Part shown: in pieces, positions 35,061-36,065 of the stretch
How positions within the stretch are numbered: position 1 is the first letter of the stretch
Layout of the letters: every line of letters starts with the position of its first letter
Origin: Bdellovibrionales bacterium
Lineage (GTDB): Bacteria; Pseudomonadota; Alphaproteobacteria; UBA9219
Length of the DNA: 36,065 nucleotides
Assembly: GCA_050180745.1 (NCBI GenBank)
Contig: JBFXDW010000003.1
Coordinates: 1 to 36,065 of the forward strand
Reading direction: 5' to 3'
The notes under the pieces: model-generated
Databases searched by the model: none
Told to the model about the DNA's origin: nothing
What the model saw: only the letters and a program-made list of their open reading frames with translations
Made by a program: the position numbers and the translations under genes

Positions 35061-35723
35061 ATGAGGGCCGAGGCCTCTCATGTTGCAAACCTCAAAAAAT
35101 TGATCGAAGAAACGTCCCGTCGGCATAACACCTGGCAAGTGTTTCATGATTTTGTCGCTATGTCTGCGATCAGCATCCGCAACGCCACCGATCCAAGAGA
35201 GCGTGACAAGTACGAACAGCAATATCTCGACATTGTGAAAAGGTATGACAGGGAGGAAGTCGATAGGTTCCCCCTTATGCTGGCACATCTGGTCAGCGCT
35301 CTCGAAGAAGATTTGTCGGACATACTCGGCCAGCTATTCAGCGAATTGGAGCTGGGCAACAAATGGAAAGGCCAGTTCTTCACCCCCGATGATGTTTGCC
35401 GCCTTATGGCCAAGATCACCTACGGCGAAGACCTGAAAGAAAAACTCAAAACCCAGCCCTACATCTCGGTTCAGGAACCAGCCGTTGGCGGCGGAGCCAT
35501 GATTATCGCCTTAGCCCGTGAAATGAGGGATCAGGGCATTAACTATCAAAAGAAGCTTCAGGTCACGGCCATCGACATAGACCTTCGCGCCGTCCACATG
35601 GCCTACCTGCAATTCTCGCTCTTCCACATTCCCGCCATCGTCATCCACGGCGACACCATAAGCCTTGAAACCTATTCCGAATGGCGCACCCCAGCGGCAA
35701 TCTGGAACGGATCAAATAGTTAA
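35061..35723 (+). CDS. N6-adenine-methylase-like protein (HsdM-like N-terminal/SAM-binding part only)
   Basis: GQFFTP (motif X), QEPAVGGGAM (motif I), DID and GDT are present. Ends before any NPPF/Y motif IV. Confidence 0.8.
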   Translation: MRAEASHVANLKKLIEETSRRHNTWQVFHDFVAMSAISIRNATDPRERDKYEQQYLDIVKRYDREEVDRFPLMLAHLVSALEEDLSDILGQLFSELELGNKWKGQFFTPDDVCRLMAKITYGEDLKEKLKTQPYISVQEPAVGGGAMIIALAREMRDQGINYQKKLQVTAIDIDLRAVHMAYLQFSLFHIPAIVIHGDTISLETYSEWRTPAAIWNGSNS

Positions 35724-35823
35724 AATCTTAACCATAAATAGGCGCAAGAAGGGCAAAGCCGCGTTGCTTCTTAAAAAAGAGCCTCGGCACTAGACGGTTG
35801 ATTTGGCTGAAGATTATTTAAGA

Positions 35824-35853
35824 TTGCGCCCCACTCAACCATTGTGTTAATAA
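35824..35853 (+). promoter_or_regulatory. Putative sigma70 promoter
   Basis: TTGCGC (35824-35829), 17-18 nt spacer, TTAATA/TAATAA, directly before the minihelix. Confidence 0.4.
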
Positions 35854-35861
35854 CCTCGTCA

Positions 35862-35901
35862 GTGCCAGAAAAGTTCGATATAACTCCATTTTGGCGCACC
35901 A
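35862..35901 (+). pseudogene. tRNA-like remnant/minihelix ending in ACCA
   Basis: GTGCCAGAA pairs with TTTTGGCGC (G:U allowed). Internal GTTCGA and 3' ACCA. No D or anticodon arm. Confidence 0.45.
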
Positions 35902-35942
35902 TTCATTAAAAAAGCCCCCTTGCGGGGCTTTTTTAATGAATG
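35900..35942. terminator. Bidirectional intrinsic terminator (perfect 19-bp inverted repeat)
   Basis: CATTCATTAAAAAAGCCCC-cttgc-GGGGCTTTTTTAATGAATG. Confidence 0.85.
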
Positions 35943-35959
35943 ACGTCGGATGAACAGGC

Positions 35960-36065
35960 CTCGAACTTCCTAGGAAGTCCACAAAATCGCGAAGGCGATT
36001 TTGGACGCAACTTTTGCGAAGCGTTAGCGAAGCAAAAGGGCGCCCGAAGGGTGAAAAACATGAGG
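35960..36065. repeat. Multi-hairpin palindromic element, running off the window
   Basis: ACTTCCTAGGAAGT, CAAAATCGC-GAAG-GCGATTTTG, CTTTTGC...GCAAAAG and CGCCC-GAA-GGGTG in tandem. Confidence 0.6.

Noticed and set aside
35862-35901. Functional full-length tRNA
   Set aside because: Only 40 nt, with no D or anticodon arm.
1-36065. CRISPR array, IS/transposase, integrase, rRNA; the many short antisense or overlapping ORFs in the track
   Set aside because: No repeat-spacer periodicity or recombinase/transposase motifs were seen. The short ORFs are shadows of well-supported genes.

Overview
The window looks alphaproteobacterial (judged from the protein families) and has three parts. (1) 1-2575: the 3' part of a PfkB-family kinase, an unannotated 41-aa membrane peptide, a DriD-like HTH-WYL regulator flanked by two near-identical GAC-N7-GTC boxes, and a divergent lipoprotein. 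(2) 2781-12196: a co-oriented anti-phage island: type III R-M mod, a HEPN protein nested between mod and res, res, then Sir2-HerA. (3) ~12200-34906, minus strand: a siphophage late region with a lambda-like head (gpW, portal, S49 protease/scaffold, gpD, gpE), tail tube, frameshifted chaperone, tape measure, GTA-like tail tip, fibres and a lysis cassette. Four morons interrupt it: a GNAT, a nitrilase-like protein, a C4-like RNA with a 47-aa TM peptide, and an AbiJ-like HEPN. No terminase, integrase or replication genes are in the window. The right end has a methylase-like gene lacking motif IV, a 40-nt tRNA-like minihelix ending in ACCA, a perfect hairpin and a multi-hairpin repeat. The most notable signal is that two unrelated defence proteins end in the SSB C-terminal tip (HerA ...DLDDEIPF; AbiJ-like ...DDDIPF), and a third ends ...SDDFF, next to a regulator from an ssDNA-sensing family. 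All family assignments come from reading motifs by eye; no searches were run.
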